Under the pieces are notes generated by a model, which saw only the letters and a list, made by a program, of their open reading frames with translations, ran no database searches and had not been told where the DNA came from. Made by a program: the position numbers and the translations under genes. From a virus (lineage: Duplodnaviria > Heunggongvirae > Uroviricota > Caudoviricetes), in IMG/VR virus record IMGVR_UViG_3300021979_000001, positions 130,948 to 194,947 of that record: a stretch of 64,000 bases of DNA. One strand, given 5' to 3'. Below, one piece after another: positions 20,215 to 29,925 of this stretch; position 1 is the stretch's first letter; each line of letters opens with the position of its first letter.

Positions 20215-21347
20215 TTTATCTCGTTGCGATTGCCTTTTCGGGATTGAAACTGTGGTGATACCCATTTTAACAGATGTTTTGGATTTTCATCGGATCGAAT
20301 CGTTATACCCTCTCGAATATGCTTTTCTGTTAATGTGCTTTTCCCGTCCCGATGCTGCATGATTTTATTTTTATCAAACGGACCATAATACAAAACGGGC
20401 ACCATGGGCACATTAAGTTTAGATTCCAAGGTTTGCATAAACTTATAATTTGCAATATCGGTTCCCACTCGCATTTCGAACACACGGTAATCAATGTCAG
20501 TTAACCCATATTTCAGGTCAGCCATGGAACTTCCGATTAATTCACCAATTATGGTTATTGGTTTGTTATCATTTGTTTCCGACAATTTATTCATGGCATC
20601 ACCAATTCCATGATCTATTAATCGATTTAACATTCTGACATACAAATTGGTTGTTTCATCAACACAAAAAACAAACCCTTTTTTTGCCAGCATTTTTGAT
20701 GTCACATACAAGTTACCGTCGTGAAATAATTGGTTATTGTTTAAACCAGGAACATACCCGATTTGCATGTTGGTTCCATGTAATTTTTCAGTCACTAATA
20801 CCATTTCCCCATCCACAAAGGTTGCTGGGTGTTTATTGATACTGTTAACATCAAACGGAATCGTTGAGCCAAGAATATTAATTACTTTACCGGTCAGTTC
20901 CACAGGTAAATCAGGTTCCCACTTGGTAATTCCCAAAATTTCCGATACGTCCTGGTTCTCGGAAACGACGATTTCGCAATCAATGGGGCCGATTTTTGGT
21001 AATACTGGCATACCATCATCATTTTTAGACAATGGTAAAATGATACCATCGCTGATGATTCCGCGAAGTTTTACCGGGGAGACCAAATTCCCATTCGGCC
21101 CACCAATAGCGCCTTTTTCTTTTTTGGAATCCCATAACCCAATATATTTTAGAATAAATTCGGGCAAAATGGCATGCTCGGGTATATACACAACATAATC
21201 GTTTACCGATACCCGGTGTTTCCATTCTGATGTTTTCGCCGAAACAACCGTGATGTCATCAATCATAACTAAAGACAATCGATCTGCGTTGGGGTGATCG
21301 GTTGGTTCTGCTAATATTCTTTTCACATTTACGACAAAATCTGCCAT
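20211..21347 (-). CDS. RNA ligase, DRB0094 family
   Basis: OB-fold N-terminus HPNADRL; TEKLHGTN motif I; GELIG; REGITIR; LKWVS. Confidence 0.85.
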   Translation of the reverse strand: MADFVVNVKRILAEPTDHPNADRLSLVMIDDITVVSAKTSEWKHRVSVNDYVVYIPEHAILPEFILKYIGLWDSKKEKGAIGGPNGNLVSPVKLRGIISDGIILPLSKNDDGMPVLPKIGPIDCEIVVSENQDVSEILGITKWEPDLPVELTGKVINILGSTIPFDVNSINKHPATFVDGEMVLVTEKLHGTNMQIGYVPGLNNNQLFHDGNLYVTSKMLAKKGFVFCVDETTNLYVRMLNRLIDHGIGDAMNKLSETNDNKPITIIGELIGSSMADLKYGLTDIDYRVFEMRVGTDIANYKFMQTLESKLNVPMVPVLYYGPFDKNKIMQHRDGKSTLTEKHIREGITIRSDENPKHLLKWVSPQFQSRKGNRNEIK

Positions 21348-21508
21348 GATTTTTGATAATCCTTTAAAAATGTTTACCGAAAATATAACACAACTCTATG
21401 CAAAAACAATAAAAAACCCCCGAACATGATATAAAACATGTTCAGGGGTTTCGGACCTTAAAGCCCCTCACTATCGATCATATCTATTTAGACCATAGTA
21501 TAGGAGAA

Positions 21509-22357
21509 TTAAACCGTTTCTTTTTCTTTATCGTCGGTATCATTATCCTGATCATGTTTAGCAATTAGTTCTGAAAGTGTTCGACTATTTGGAATCATCA
21601 ATTCGAGAACTTGTGTGACCGCAACGGTAAGAATCACCCCAATAACCGGAAAAATTAGAACGGCGACTCCCATCACAAACAAATTACTAATCAACAATTT
21701 GAACTTCGTGCTGTTGTTGATATTATATTTGGAAACTGCAATATCATTTAAACTGAATTTTGCATTGTGATTATCATTTTCTTCGGCAGCTTCATATTGC
21801 TTCGCTAACTGAATACAACGAATTATCACATTATTGACCTTAACTAGTTCATCAAATGAACTTACAAGGAACCCTGTTACCAGAATACAAATCAAGTTAA
21901 CCGTTTCAGATATTGACGGGATATGTAAAAATAACGAAGATATTGTTGAAAAATCATCCCCCCTGAAAATAAGGCAGATGGCAGCATAAATCAGTCCGGT
22001 TATGACACCTAACACTGCATAGATTAAGAACGTCAATACACGCAATGACATTAGATACGGGCGGGCCAGGTCTTCATCGTCGCCAATTCTTTTCATTGAT
22101 GGCTCAATTAGAAAGCATTTTGCTACCCCAAAACACAATGGAAATACCCACATCATCGGTAGATACGAAACAGCAACGGCAAATAGAAGAAGTCCGACAA
22201 CCCGGTATATAATTTTTAACGGATTTTCAAATAAATATTTGCCAACATTGGACAAATACTCATTGTAATTTAACATATCCACATTGATGATTTTGTCATG
22301 CTTTAACATACGATAAATCCTTAATTTTTTGCCACGAAATGTTTTGGTGACATACAA
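21509..22357 (-). CDS. Integral membrane protein
   Basis: About six hydrophobic segments. Confidence 0.7.
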   Translation of the reverse strand: MYVTKTFRGKKLRIYRMLKHDKIINVDMLNYNEYLSNVGKYLFENPLKIIYRVVGLLLFAVAVSYLPMMWVFPLCFGVAKCFLIEPSMKRIGDDEDLARPYLMSLRVLTFLIYAVLGVITGLIYAAICLIFRGDDFSTISSLFLHIPSISETVNLICILVTGFLVSSFDELVKVNNVIIRCIQLAKQYEAAEENDNHNAKFSLNDIAVSKYNINNSTKFKLLISNLFVMGVAVLIFPVIGVILTVAVTQVLELMIPNSRTLSELIAKHDQDNDTDDKEKETV

Positions 22358-22980
22358 TAAACAACGTGATTTCCTATTTGCGCTAATCGCGTCATGCGGT
22401 CAATCCACGCCGGGGTTACAGATATGGTATGATACCATAAACAATTTTTACGAATACCGAGAGGCCGGTTTTCGCGTTCTGAATAAATAAGTTGTCCTGA
22501 CACCATGACAGCTTGATACCATGATTTAAGATCATTGATATGATCGGGACGACCGTCTTTCGTCCATGAAAACTGTGGATATTTTTGTCCTGGTAATATC
22601 TGCCAGACAACTCCACAAATATCATCAGGGTAATATTGACTTTCAACCCGGTTGAGAACGATACTCCCAACCATCTGATACCCAATCTTCCCTTCCCCAC
22701 GCGCCTCATGATACAAGTTACATGCCAAACATGCGACACCAGATTGTCGTAATTGATCGCAATCCGGTGTGATGTTTGACAATAACCGCGCCTGTTTCAC
22801 CAGTAAGCTAGGTGGTTTTGGTTTGGTAGTGACCGTGGTTGGTGGAATATATGTTAACGGGGATGATGATGCATTCGCGGTTGCAATATGGATAATCATA
22901 CACACGCCAATTGCTAATATTCCAACGATGAAATATAACACTAAAATCGCGGTCACTATCTTAACTGCAAATTTATTCAT
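22321..22980 (-). CDS. SleB/Hydrolase_2 cell wall hydrolase with N-terminal membrane anchor
   Basis: CLACNLYHEARGE, VLNRV, YPDDICGVVWQ, QFSW, IGNHVVY. Confidence 0.9.
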   Translation of the reverse strand: MNKFAVKIVTAILVLYFIVGILAIGVCMIIHIATANASSSPLTYIPPTTVTTKPKPPSLLVKQARLLSNITPDCDQLRQSGVACLACNLYHEARGEGKIGYQMVGSIVLNRVESQYYPDDICGVVWQILPGQKYPQFSWTKDGRPDHINDLKSWYQAVMVSGQLIYSERENRPLGIRKNCLWYHTISVTPAWIDRMTRLAQIGNHVVYCMSPKHFVAKN

Positions 22981-23783
22981 TTCGCTACAGTTTCTTCGTG
23001 AAAATGCGATGGCGAAACACCAAATAATTCACAAATACGAGTCAATTGGTCATCAGACACCGAGTTCTTATTATTTTCCCAACGAAAGATGTTGGCCTGA
23101 TTGGTGTGCAGTCCTTCGCTCAATTCGGTTTGGGTTAAATTAGACTTTTTGCGAAGTTCTTTTAATTGATTACCGATATAGTGCCGATTGCTTTTTTTGG
23201 TATCTGAAATGTTGAGTTCGGCTGGATCAATTTCAAACAATTTTGCCAACGTCTGTTTGTATACAGCCTTGATTGACGTTATACTGTCATCGGTTTCCCA
23301 ATGTGAAATTGTTGGCAACGAAATTTCACAATGCGATGATACGTCACACTGTGTCAAATTATGCTTTGCCCGATAATATCGCATCTGTGCGGAAAACGGT
23401 TCATTCGTCATATTGAAATCTTCGGGCGCATCGCCGGTAAGATATGACAGGGGAACTCCGAGTCCAGTAACCAGATTTCCGGTATGTTGGCCGGATATGG
23501 TGGTTGTCGATTTCTCGAAATACGATAGTTTTGGCACACTAGTTTCTAACAATTGTGCCACTTTGCGCTGTGTTAAACCACGAAACCGTCTTGCGATATA
23601 CACCCGCCGCCCAATAATATTATACGATTTTTCCAATACAGGCATATCAATATTTTGTTCAGTCGTATCATCCTGATCTTGACATGAAACATTGGTTACC
23701 GAAGGTGTTTCATGCGTTTCGAAGATTTGGTGACTGATAACTTTTTTGAATTGTGGGTGTGTCATTTTTGTGTATCCAAACAT
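22977..23783 (-). CDS. Transcription regulator with three XRE-type HTH domains
   Basis: RRFRGLTQRKVA, RAKHNLTQCDVS, RKKSNLTQTELS, each followed by an S/R-x-W/F-E helix. Confidence 0.85.
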   Translation of the reverse strand: MFGYTKMTHPQFKKVISHQIFETHETPSVTNVSCQDQDDTTEQNIDMPVLEKSYNIIGRRVYIARRFRGLTQRKVAQLLETSVPKLSYFEKSTTTISGQHTGNLVTGLGVPLSYLTGDAPEDFNMTNEPFSAQMRYYRAKHNLTQCDVSSHCEISLPTISHWETDDSITSIKAVYKQTLAKLFEIDPAELNISDTKKSNRHYIGNQLKELRKKSNLTQTELSEGLHTNQANIFRWENNKNSVSDDQLTRICELFGVSPSHFHEETVAK

Positions 23784-23926
23784 TAAACCATCGAATTAAA
23801 TACATAATGTAAATTATCGTTTACCGTCAATATTTTTTTAATGGTGTTGCAACATTATTTTTTGTGGTTGATTGTCACGACGGTTTCCCATATATAGATG
23901 GACAACAATAATTTTGGGGAACATAC

Positions 23927-24166
23927 ATGTCAAACCCGATTGTAATCAACAATCATATCATTGCTGCCGACAATTGGGATCATGCCCAGGCGGCAATGGC
24001 GCGACATGGTATACGTTTGATCAGTTACACCGTCGATCATGACGCGGTGTCAATCACCTATGGGTGCCAAACAATTCAGCAGATCGGTAATTTTCATATC
24101 GATATTGCTTACCCACCAACCAAAAAACAATCATTGTGGCGAAAGTTCCTGAATTGGATCAAGTGA
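23927..24166 (+). CDS. Hypothetical protein
   Basis: 79 aa with GGGA RBS. Confidence 0.55.
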   Translation: MSNPIVINNHIIAADNWDHAQAAMARHGIRLISYTVDHDAVSITYGCQTIQQIGNFHIDIAYPPTKKQSLWRKFLNWIK

Positions 24167-24691
24167 TATTTCATTTATATTGATCGTCGCCGGTTGATCG
24201 ATAACCCATTTAATCACGTTCGCCGCATATTCCGGGGTGATTTTATTTTTGGTGGGGTGTTTTTCTTCAACTTTGGGGGTTGCCAAATATCCATATGAAA
24301 TGTAGCTGATCCGAATGCCAACACCGCCAATAGCGATATAAGACAGATTTCGACAATAATCTTTTAATGATTTTTTCTCGATAGGATACCGCCAGGGTGA
24401 TCCCCGAACACCGGTATCAGCGGTAGACCCGATATTGATGATATGTCCGGTCTTTTGTTCGGTATGCCATCTGGTTGCAACTTCTTCGAGCAACATGGTT
24501 TGATTAAACCGCCACAATGCTGAACTGTTGATGAAAATATCATATTTCAAACTTAGTTCAACTGCGGCCTTAATACCATCATGGTTGCATAAATCATAAC
24601 CGGTTTCCCGGCTGATGAAATCCCCACCTATGACCATATCAATCGCTTGGGCCAATCCATAATTTTTATTGCCAGTCGTCAAAATATTCAT
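24131..24691 (-). CDS. Short-chain dehydrogenase/reductase
   Basis: ILTTG..YGLAQAI, DIFINSS, HIINIGS, YPIEK (YxxxK). Confidence 0.85.
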   Translation of the reverse strand: MNILTTGNKNYGLAQAIDMVIGGDFISRETGYDLCNHDGIKAAVELSLKYDIFINSSALWRFNQTMLLEEVATRWHTEQKTGHIINIGSTADTGVRGSPWRYPIEKKSLKDYCRNLSYIAIGGVGIRISYISYGYLATPKVEEKHPTKNKITPEYAANVIKWVIDQPATININEISLDPIQELSPQ

Positions 24692-24693
24692 GA

Positions 24694-25179
24694 TTAATAT
24701 AATCCATATGGTGTTGGTTGTTGTATTTCTCGTTTCAAATTATCGTTGAACACATATTCAATCTTGCCTTTTCGATACATTCCCTTTTCAACATTGGTTA
24801 AAGAAAAATCATACCGATTGACGAAAATTCGAGAATAGGTATGCATCATTTCTTCTGAAACGGTGACAACCGGTTTGCTGGCATTCAGTGATGTTAATAA
24901 TCTATCTATGATATGCAACCCAATACCTCGATTGGCAATCATTGGATCAACCCGAATACAGCGTAATTTTGGCACGTTGCCCGATCTACCCAGCCCGACA
25001 CCTACTACGGTGTCTTTCTCCCTGGCAAGAATAAGAACCCCGTCACCTCCTATCACATCTGGTATCATTTTGTTAACATACCAGTCATCAAAATTGGGAT
25101 AATAATTTCGTATTGATTTGATACATTCATATGCTGAATGAAGATCAACTAATGATTTGCTTGACGAATAAGTGACCAT
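24694..25179 (-). CDS. GNAT acetyltransferase
   Basis: KLRCIRVDPMIANRGIG acetyl-CoA motif. Confidence 0.8.
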   Translation of the reverse strand: MVTYSSSKSLVDLHSAYECIKSIRNYYPNFDDWYVNKMIPDVIGGDGVLILAREKDTVVGVGLGRSGNVPKLRCIRVDPMIANRGIGLHIIDRLLTSLNASKPVVTVSEEMMHTYSRIFVNRYDFSLTNVEKGMYRKGKIEYVFNDNLKREIQQPTPYGLY

Positions 25180-25194
25180 TGGGTTTACTCATTG

Positions 25195-26127
25195 TTAATC
25201 AAAAAATAAATTATAATACTTTGCCGCATACTCATTGGAACCTACCCAATATTTGTCATGATTTTTTTTCTTTATCCAGTCCGCCCGATAATGCCCATAT
25301 AAATCATTTCCGCTGAAAAAATATTTTACATAATCAGTCGTTTCAAGATAACTGTTATTTTCAATACTTAATTCTATCATATGGTTGATTGTAGAACTTG
25401 ATTTTCCAGCATGGGTTCCAATTAATACACACTTGTTTGATAAAAATTGTATAATATTGACCATTTCATCATTATCAAATAAACTCGCATCATCAATAAT
25501 AATGTAATCGTATTCTTTTATACTGTCCTCTGTTACGTGTTCACTAAGAATGAATTCAATATTATTATTTGAATCCATATCATTGCATGTTTTCTTCAAA
25601 ATATTCAATTGATCAACATCATAACAAATGAAAAGTGGTTTATATATATTGGCAATAAATCTATTATACGGCAAATAGACTGCAACAAAACACAATACTG
25701 ATGTTAATCCGGTGTGAGCGGTTGATACCAATATTTTATGTTTAATCCAATTATTATCAAATATTTTTTCAATCATATCTGCTTGGATATTATTGAATTT
25801 ACCAGATATGCCACCGGTCAATTTGTTACCATTTATTTTTGCAATCATTTCATCAATGCGGTAATTATTTTCATGCGTTTTAGTAGCCACAACCGAACCA
25901 TCAAGTATTAACGTTTCGAGTTTGCTGACCATTTTTGCAAACTCGTCAAAACTATTAGATTTTGAGAGGTCACTTTTGCCACTTTTTATTAGTTCTGATA
26001 TTATATTAAAACGTAGATCAATTTCATCCATGTGTTTATTACTCCTTAAAAGGCAATGTTTATTTTTATCATGTTCTATTAGGTTGAAGCAATATTTAAA
26101 AAATGTATCATATATATATATTGACAT
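25195..26127 (-). CDS. Degenerate P-loop ATPase-like (terminase/helicase-like) protein
   Basis: STAHTGLTS (degenerate Walker A) and YIIIDDASLF (Walker B-like). Confidence 0.45.
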   Translation of the reverse strand: MSIYIYDTFFKYCFNLIEHDKNKHCLLRSNKHMDEIDLRFNIISELIKSGKSDLSKSNSFDEFAKMVSKLETLILDGSVVATKTHENNYRIDEMIAKINGNKLTGGISGKFNNIQADMIEKIFDNNWIKHKILVSTAHTGLTSVLCFVAVYLPYNRFIANIYKPLFICYDVDQLNILKKTCNDMDSNNNIEFILSEHVTEDSIKEYDYIIIDDASLFDNDEMVNIIQFLSNKCVLIGTHAGKSSSTINHMIELSIENNSYLETTDYVKYFFSGNDLYGHYRADWIKKKNHDKYWVGSNEYAAKYYNLFFD

Positions 26128-26198
26128 TCAGACATGATATTAGGGATAATGTATGAAATGAAATCAATCATCTTTATCAAACACACGGTAGTAATATA

Positions 26199-27164
26199 AT
26201 GTTCAAACTTATCAAGATACTAATGAAGATAAAACAACAAAAGAAGCAACAAAAGAAACAACAAACGGAGCAGCAAACGGATCAACAGAATACACCACAG
26301 AATACGCAAATCATAGAAAACACATCCGATCTAAGATGGGCAAAATTATATACCCCTGATTTTATTTTCAACATAAATCACGATCAGCATCTTGATACCT
26401 GTTATTCTGATATTTCCGAATATAAGTTAACCGGTAATCGAGCAAAGCTGAAAGATTTTTTTCTTTCGATGTTTAATGATCATAATTGGGTCTGCAACTC
26501 CGTTGATGTGAAAACGGAATTTGTCAATGCAATTATCACCAATTTTAATAATTATTGTGCAGATAAAACAACTGAAATATTAAATTGCACCATTAATTTC
26601 AATGATAAAACCAATTACACCGTTTATACCAACGAAACAACTGGAAATAAAATCATATCCTTTGATAATATAAGTATCAAGGAGAATGGCATCACTGCGA
26701 TTGAGTATGAACAATCGTATGATATTTTTGATAATCACTATTTGATCTACAGCAATTCTAATGCCTTTATTAAAAATATGAAAGATACTATTGTTATATC
26801 TACTTATAATGAATACGTCAAAAAATATCCAATGGTGTTTAACAAGTTAGAAACCAAATTCAATAGTTTTATCGATAGTCATGTAATTCCAACTGATTCG
26901 GATAATTTTAATGAAAACGATTTTCGTAGTTTGTATTGTTCAAGAAATGAGTTTGCACATCTGTTAGTTTGCTCATTATTGTATAGTGATAATACGTTTA
27001 ACTATGAATTAATGTGTAATAGAAACGAATTTTCAAAACATTTGGTTAATCTTTCCGCAATTAGTCAAGAGTTACCATACAAGGTTACAATTCATCATTC
27101 TGGTATTACGTCAAATCTAATGATTGACCGACAAGAATTGAAATACTTTCTTGATTTGATGTGA
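26199..27164 (+). CDS. Hypothetical protein with Gln/Lys-rich N-terminus
   Basis: 321 aa ORF. Confidence 0.65.
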   Translation: MFKLIKILMKIKQQKKQQKKQQTEQQTDQQNTPQNTQIIENTSDLRWAKLYTPDFIFNINHDQHLDTCYSDISEYKLTGNRAKLKDFFLSMFNDHNWVCNSVDVKTEFVNAIITNFNNYCADKTTEILNCTINFNDKTNYTVYTNETTGNKIISFDNISIKENGITAIEYEQSYDIFDNHYLIYSNSNAFIKNMKDTIVISTYNEYVKKYPMVFNKLETKFNSFIDSHVIPTDSDNFNENDFRSLYCSRNEFAHLLVCSLLYSDNTFNYELMCNRNEFSKHLVNLSAISQELPYKVTIHHSGITSNLMIDRQELKYFLDLM

Positions 27165-27165
27165 T

Positions 27166-27199
27166 AAAAAAGGCGGTGTTTTTATGCACCGCCTTTTTT
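27166..27199. terminator. Bidirectional intrinsic terminator
   Basis: aaaaaaggcggtg...caccgcctttttt. Confidence 0.85.
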
Positions 27200-27917
27200 A
27201 TCTACTGGTTGATACTTTTTTATAAAGTTCATCTGCCTGGTGATAAGCTGATGCTATTCTTTTTAGGAATTTTTTTCGATATACTGGGTTAAGATTTGCA
27301 ATAAAGTTTTTTTCTGACATATTCAAATTGTTAATGTAGTCAAATAAATTATCACCCAAATAATCTTCGCGCATTTCGAGATAAAATTCGGCATCATCGG
27401 ACTGTAAATATGTTATGTATAACAATATATCGTCGGCAATATTGAAATAGTAAGCGTTATATTCAGATGGGTTATTGTAATACTGTTCTTTCCATTTACG
27501 ATAGTCATCCGCATTATTTGGAACATCACTTGAATAATAAGTATTGGATGCACCACGTTTATCGTCCAGGTAATGGATGAATTCGTGAGAAAAATATTTC
27601 AACCCCTCCAATGAACTGCGGATTTTATCTATGCTGGTGTATATGCCGATTACATATTTCCCTGTTGGTAGGGCCGTGAAATATCCTTTCACTTTATCAT
27701 TTGAGTTATGAGCATGCTCATGCTCATAAATGTAAAGATCGGGAAAACCTAATGGTGCAAGAGAATATCGGTTTATAATTTCATTTTTTCGTCTAATTTT
27801 CACCGGGCCTGATACCTGGTTTAATCTTTGAAATACACTTAATGCAAGATTATTTGTATCCGCGTCATCTATTGCTAACTCTGTTAGATTTTGTTGGAAT
27901 AATTCCATTACGTTCAT
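27198..27917 (-). CDS. Zincin-like metallopeptidase, putative virion protein (leader MNVMELFQQNLTE)
   Basis: HEFIH plus YYNNPSEYNAY; TATAAATA at 27947-27954 (- strand) supports the later start. Confidence 0.65.
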   Translation of the reverse strand: MNVMELFQQNLTELAIDDADTNNLALSVFQRLNQVSGPVKIRRKNEIINRYSLAPLGFPDLYIYEHEHAHNSNDKVKGYFTALPTGKYVIGIYTSIDKIRSSLEGLKYFSHEFIHYLDDKRGASNTYYSSDVPNNADDYRKWKEQYYNNPSEYNAYYFNIADDILLYITYLQSDDAEFYLEMREDYLGDNLFDYINNLNMSEKNFIANLNPVYRKKFLKRIASAYHQADELYKKVSTSR

Positions 27918-28012
27918 TTTCACATAGCCCATCAATAAATATAGACTATTTATAAAAAAAAGCCCGTGTTGTCGTGACACGGGCAAACTAAGTTTGGGTG
28001 GATGGGAACCGG

Positions 28013-28438
28013 TTAGATACGTGCAAAATATCGTTTGGTAAATGCAATAAACGTGGGGGTCTGGTGGTCAATACGAATATCGTTGCGAACCAAAGCCCGC
28101 ACAATCATCAGCGGGAATGCACCGGGTGATACTCGGATGCTAGGCGAAAGCGTCGTATCACCGTTAATCATGATTTCCATGAGTTCATTATTATCATGTG
28201 TGTCATCATTTGTAAAGTTTTCCAGCAAATAACGAATCAACAAATCCGTATCGGCGGTCACCTGGGACACAATTTCAGGGGTATTTTTAAATTCGGTATA
28301 TATACGAACCAACCGTTGTGCTTCTTTGAAAGCAATATCATATTTATCGTTGGCAGCAAATGCTGTTATTGGGGCGGATATTGATGCCCCCGAAGCCACA
28401 ATAGCAATGGTTGCTTGTAAAAAATTACGGCGATCCAT
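28013..28438 (-). CDS. Protein with twin-arginine (Tat) signal peptide
   Basis: MDRRNFLQ, hydrophobic stretch, AFA cleavage site. Confidence 0.75.
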   Translation of the reverse strand: MDRRNFLQATIAIVASGASISAPITAFAANDKYDIAFKEAQRLVRIYTEFKNTPEIVSQVTADTDLLIRYLLENFTNDDTHDNNELMEIMINGDTTLSPSIRVSPGAFPLMIVRALVRNDIRIDHQTPTFIAFTKRYFARI

Positions 28439-28794
28439 TTGGTAATCCTTTGGTTTCAGTGTATTTTTATAAGACTGAAAATTTCTGCTTATGTTTGCTC
28501 GTTTAATTGAACGATAAACCAGTAATGGTATTTGTCAAACAGTTTGTTGTTGCATTTTTTTGCCCATTATGCCTTGTTTCTGCCGATTTTTGATGACATG
28601 CATTGGTGTTATGCAAGCAATGCATGTTTCTAATACGTTTCTAAATTCGTTTTGTTCCGCTATAACGTGAAAATACCAATTCGGTTGTTCGCACCATATC
28701 CCCAAATGGGGAGTAACTTCGGTATCTTTGATAAATAAAAATAATATGTCCGATGATATTTTACCGGAAAATATTTTTTAACGAGGGAACCTTG

Positions 28795-29232
28795 ATGTAT
28801 AATAATGAGATGCGAAAATTTATCAATTTGGTTGAAGGTCGCGTTGCTAAACCGAAGAAGCGCCAATTGACAGAATCCGCTATGGATAATGGGAATGATT
28901 TTTCGTTTGAAATCACACCTAACGGCAATCTTAAATTTAAGGTATTGACAGAAGATGGCCGTGAAATTCTTCAAGATAAAAACTTTGTATGGTCCGTTTC
29001 TGATATGCTAGATCATGAAGGATGGTCAGGTAACGACATGTTGTATGAAGTGTCACCAAGCGATATTGGTGCGCTTACAGATGCCCCTATCGTCACGGAT
29101 GCAGTCGAACGCGATGATGAAGGCGATGTTATCAGTGTCGGTAATGTATGGTGGTTTCCATCGTATGCAGTTGATTCATGGGAAGAAATTCTATATAACA
29201 CCGGTGAAGTTATTTTCAGTAAATCAAAATAA
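28795..29232 (+). CDS. Acidic putative virion-internal protein (leader MRKFINLVE)
   Basis: GAGGG RBS before ATG 28795; ATAAATA at 28731-28737. Confidence 0.65.
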   Translation: MYNNEMRKFINLVEGRVAKPKKRQLTESAMDNGNDFSFEITPNGNLKFKVLTEDGREILQDKNFVWSVSDMLDHEGWSGNDMLYEVSPSDIGALTDAPIVTDAVERDDEGDVISVGNVWWFPSYAVDSWEEILYNTGEVIFSKSK

Positions 29233-29255
29233 TTGAATCTGTATCAAAAATGTCG

Positions 29256-29284
29256 TTGACATTTATTTGGTATAACACTACTAT
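29256..29284 (+). promoter_or_regulatory. Sigma70-type promoter of the tmRNA gene
   Basis: TTGACA, 17 nt spacer, TACTAT. Confidence 0.75.
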
Positions 29285-29290
29285 AACGAT

Positions 29291-29562
29291 ATAGCCAATG
29301 ACCAATCGGAATAGACAGTTCTGGACTCCGGGGCGGCACCGGACGGCTCCACCAAAAGCATAGTTTCTTAAGTATGCTTTTCCATGGGGCCGAAGTAGGT
29401 TCGACAGGATGTAATAAAGGATATGCGAGGCTATCGGTAAGGAACGACCGATCCATCTGTCCAATCTTGTAAATGCAAACGATAATGTTGCATCTAACAT
29501 GGCTGTTGCTGCCTAAGCACAACCATGTATCGGTCTGAACACCGGGAAACAGAACGTTCACG
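29291..29562 (+). ncRNA. ssrA: Circularly permuted (two-piece) tmRNA
   Basis: Acceptor piece ends TCCGG-GGCGGCA-CCGGA-CGGCTCCACCA (29354); spacer hairpin; coding piece starts GGGGCCGAAGTAGGTTCGAC (29386); tag ANDNVASNMAVAA-stop at 29475-29516. Confidence 0.95.
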
Positions 29563-29592
29563 AAAACGCCGGGGTTCATCCCCCGGCGTTTT
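29563..29592. terminator. Bidirectional terminator after ssrA
   Basis: aaaacgccgggg-ttcatc-ccccggcgtttt. Confidence 0.9.
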
Positions 29593-29832
29593 TCATTTTG
29601 ATGTTTTAGGTGCCCCGAACGCGGGGTTAGTTAGCTTATAAAACGTGCCACACTCTGCACAATATAACTCGATAGTTCTAAACACCATTTTATTAAAATG
29701 TGCTTCTGTCACAGTGCCACACTCCATGCACGTAAAACTGATAGGACCAATATATAATTTTTGTGTTGGGTCTGTGGACTTAGACCCAATTGCTTCTTTC
29801 CCTGGAAAACGAATTACCTTCATATTTTGCAC
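29593..29832 (-). CDS. Zinc-ribbon protein
   Basis: CMECG and CAECG. Confidence 0.7.
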   Translation of the reverse strand: MQNMKVIRFPGKEAIGSKSTDPTQKLYIGPISFTCMECGTVTEAHFNKMVFRTIELYCAECGTFYKLTNPAFGAPKTSK

Positions 29833-29925
29833 TCCATACGCTGTGCTTTGTTACAAATATTTAGAAGGTATCGTGCCTGGGTTGTGTGCTATGATTTCTC
29901 ATTGATCCATAATGATAATGTTTGA

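Noticed and set aside
29216-29579. ORFs 29216..29500 and 29244..29579 on the - strand
   Set aside because: They are antisense to the tmRNA gene, which explains the region
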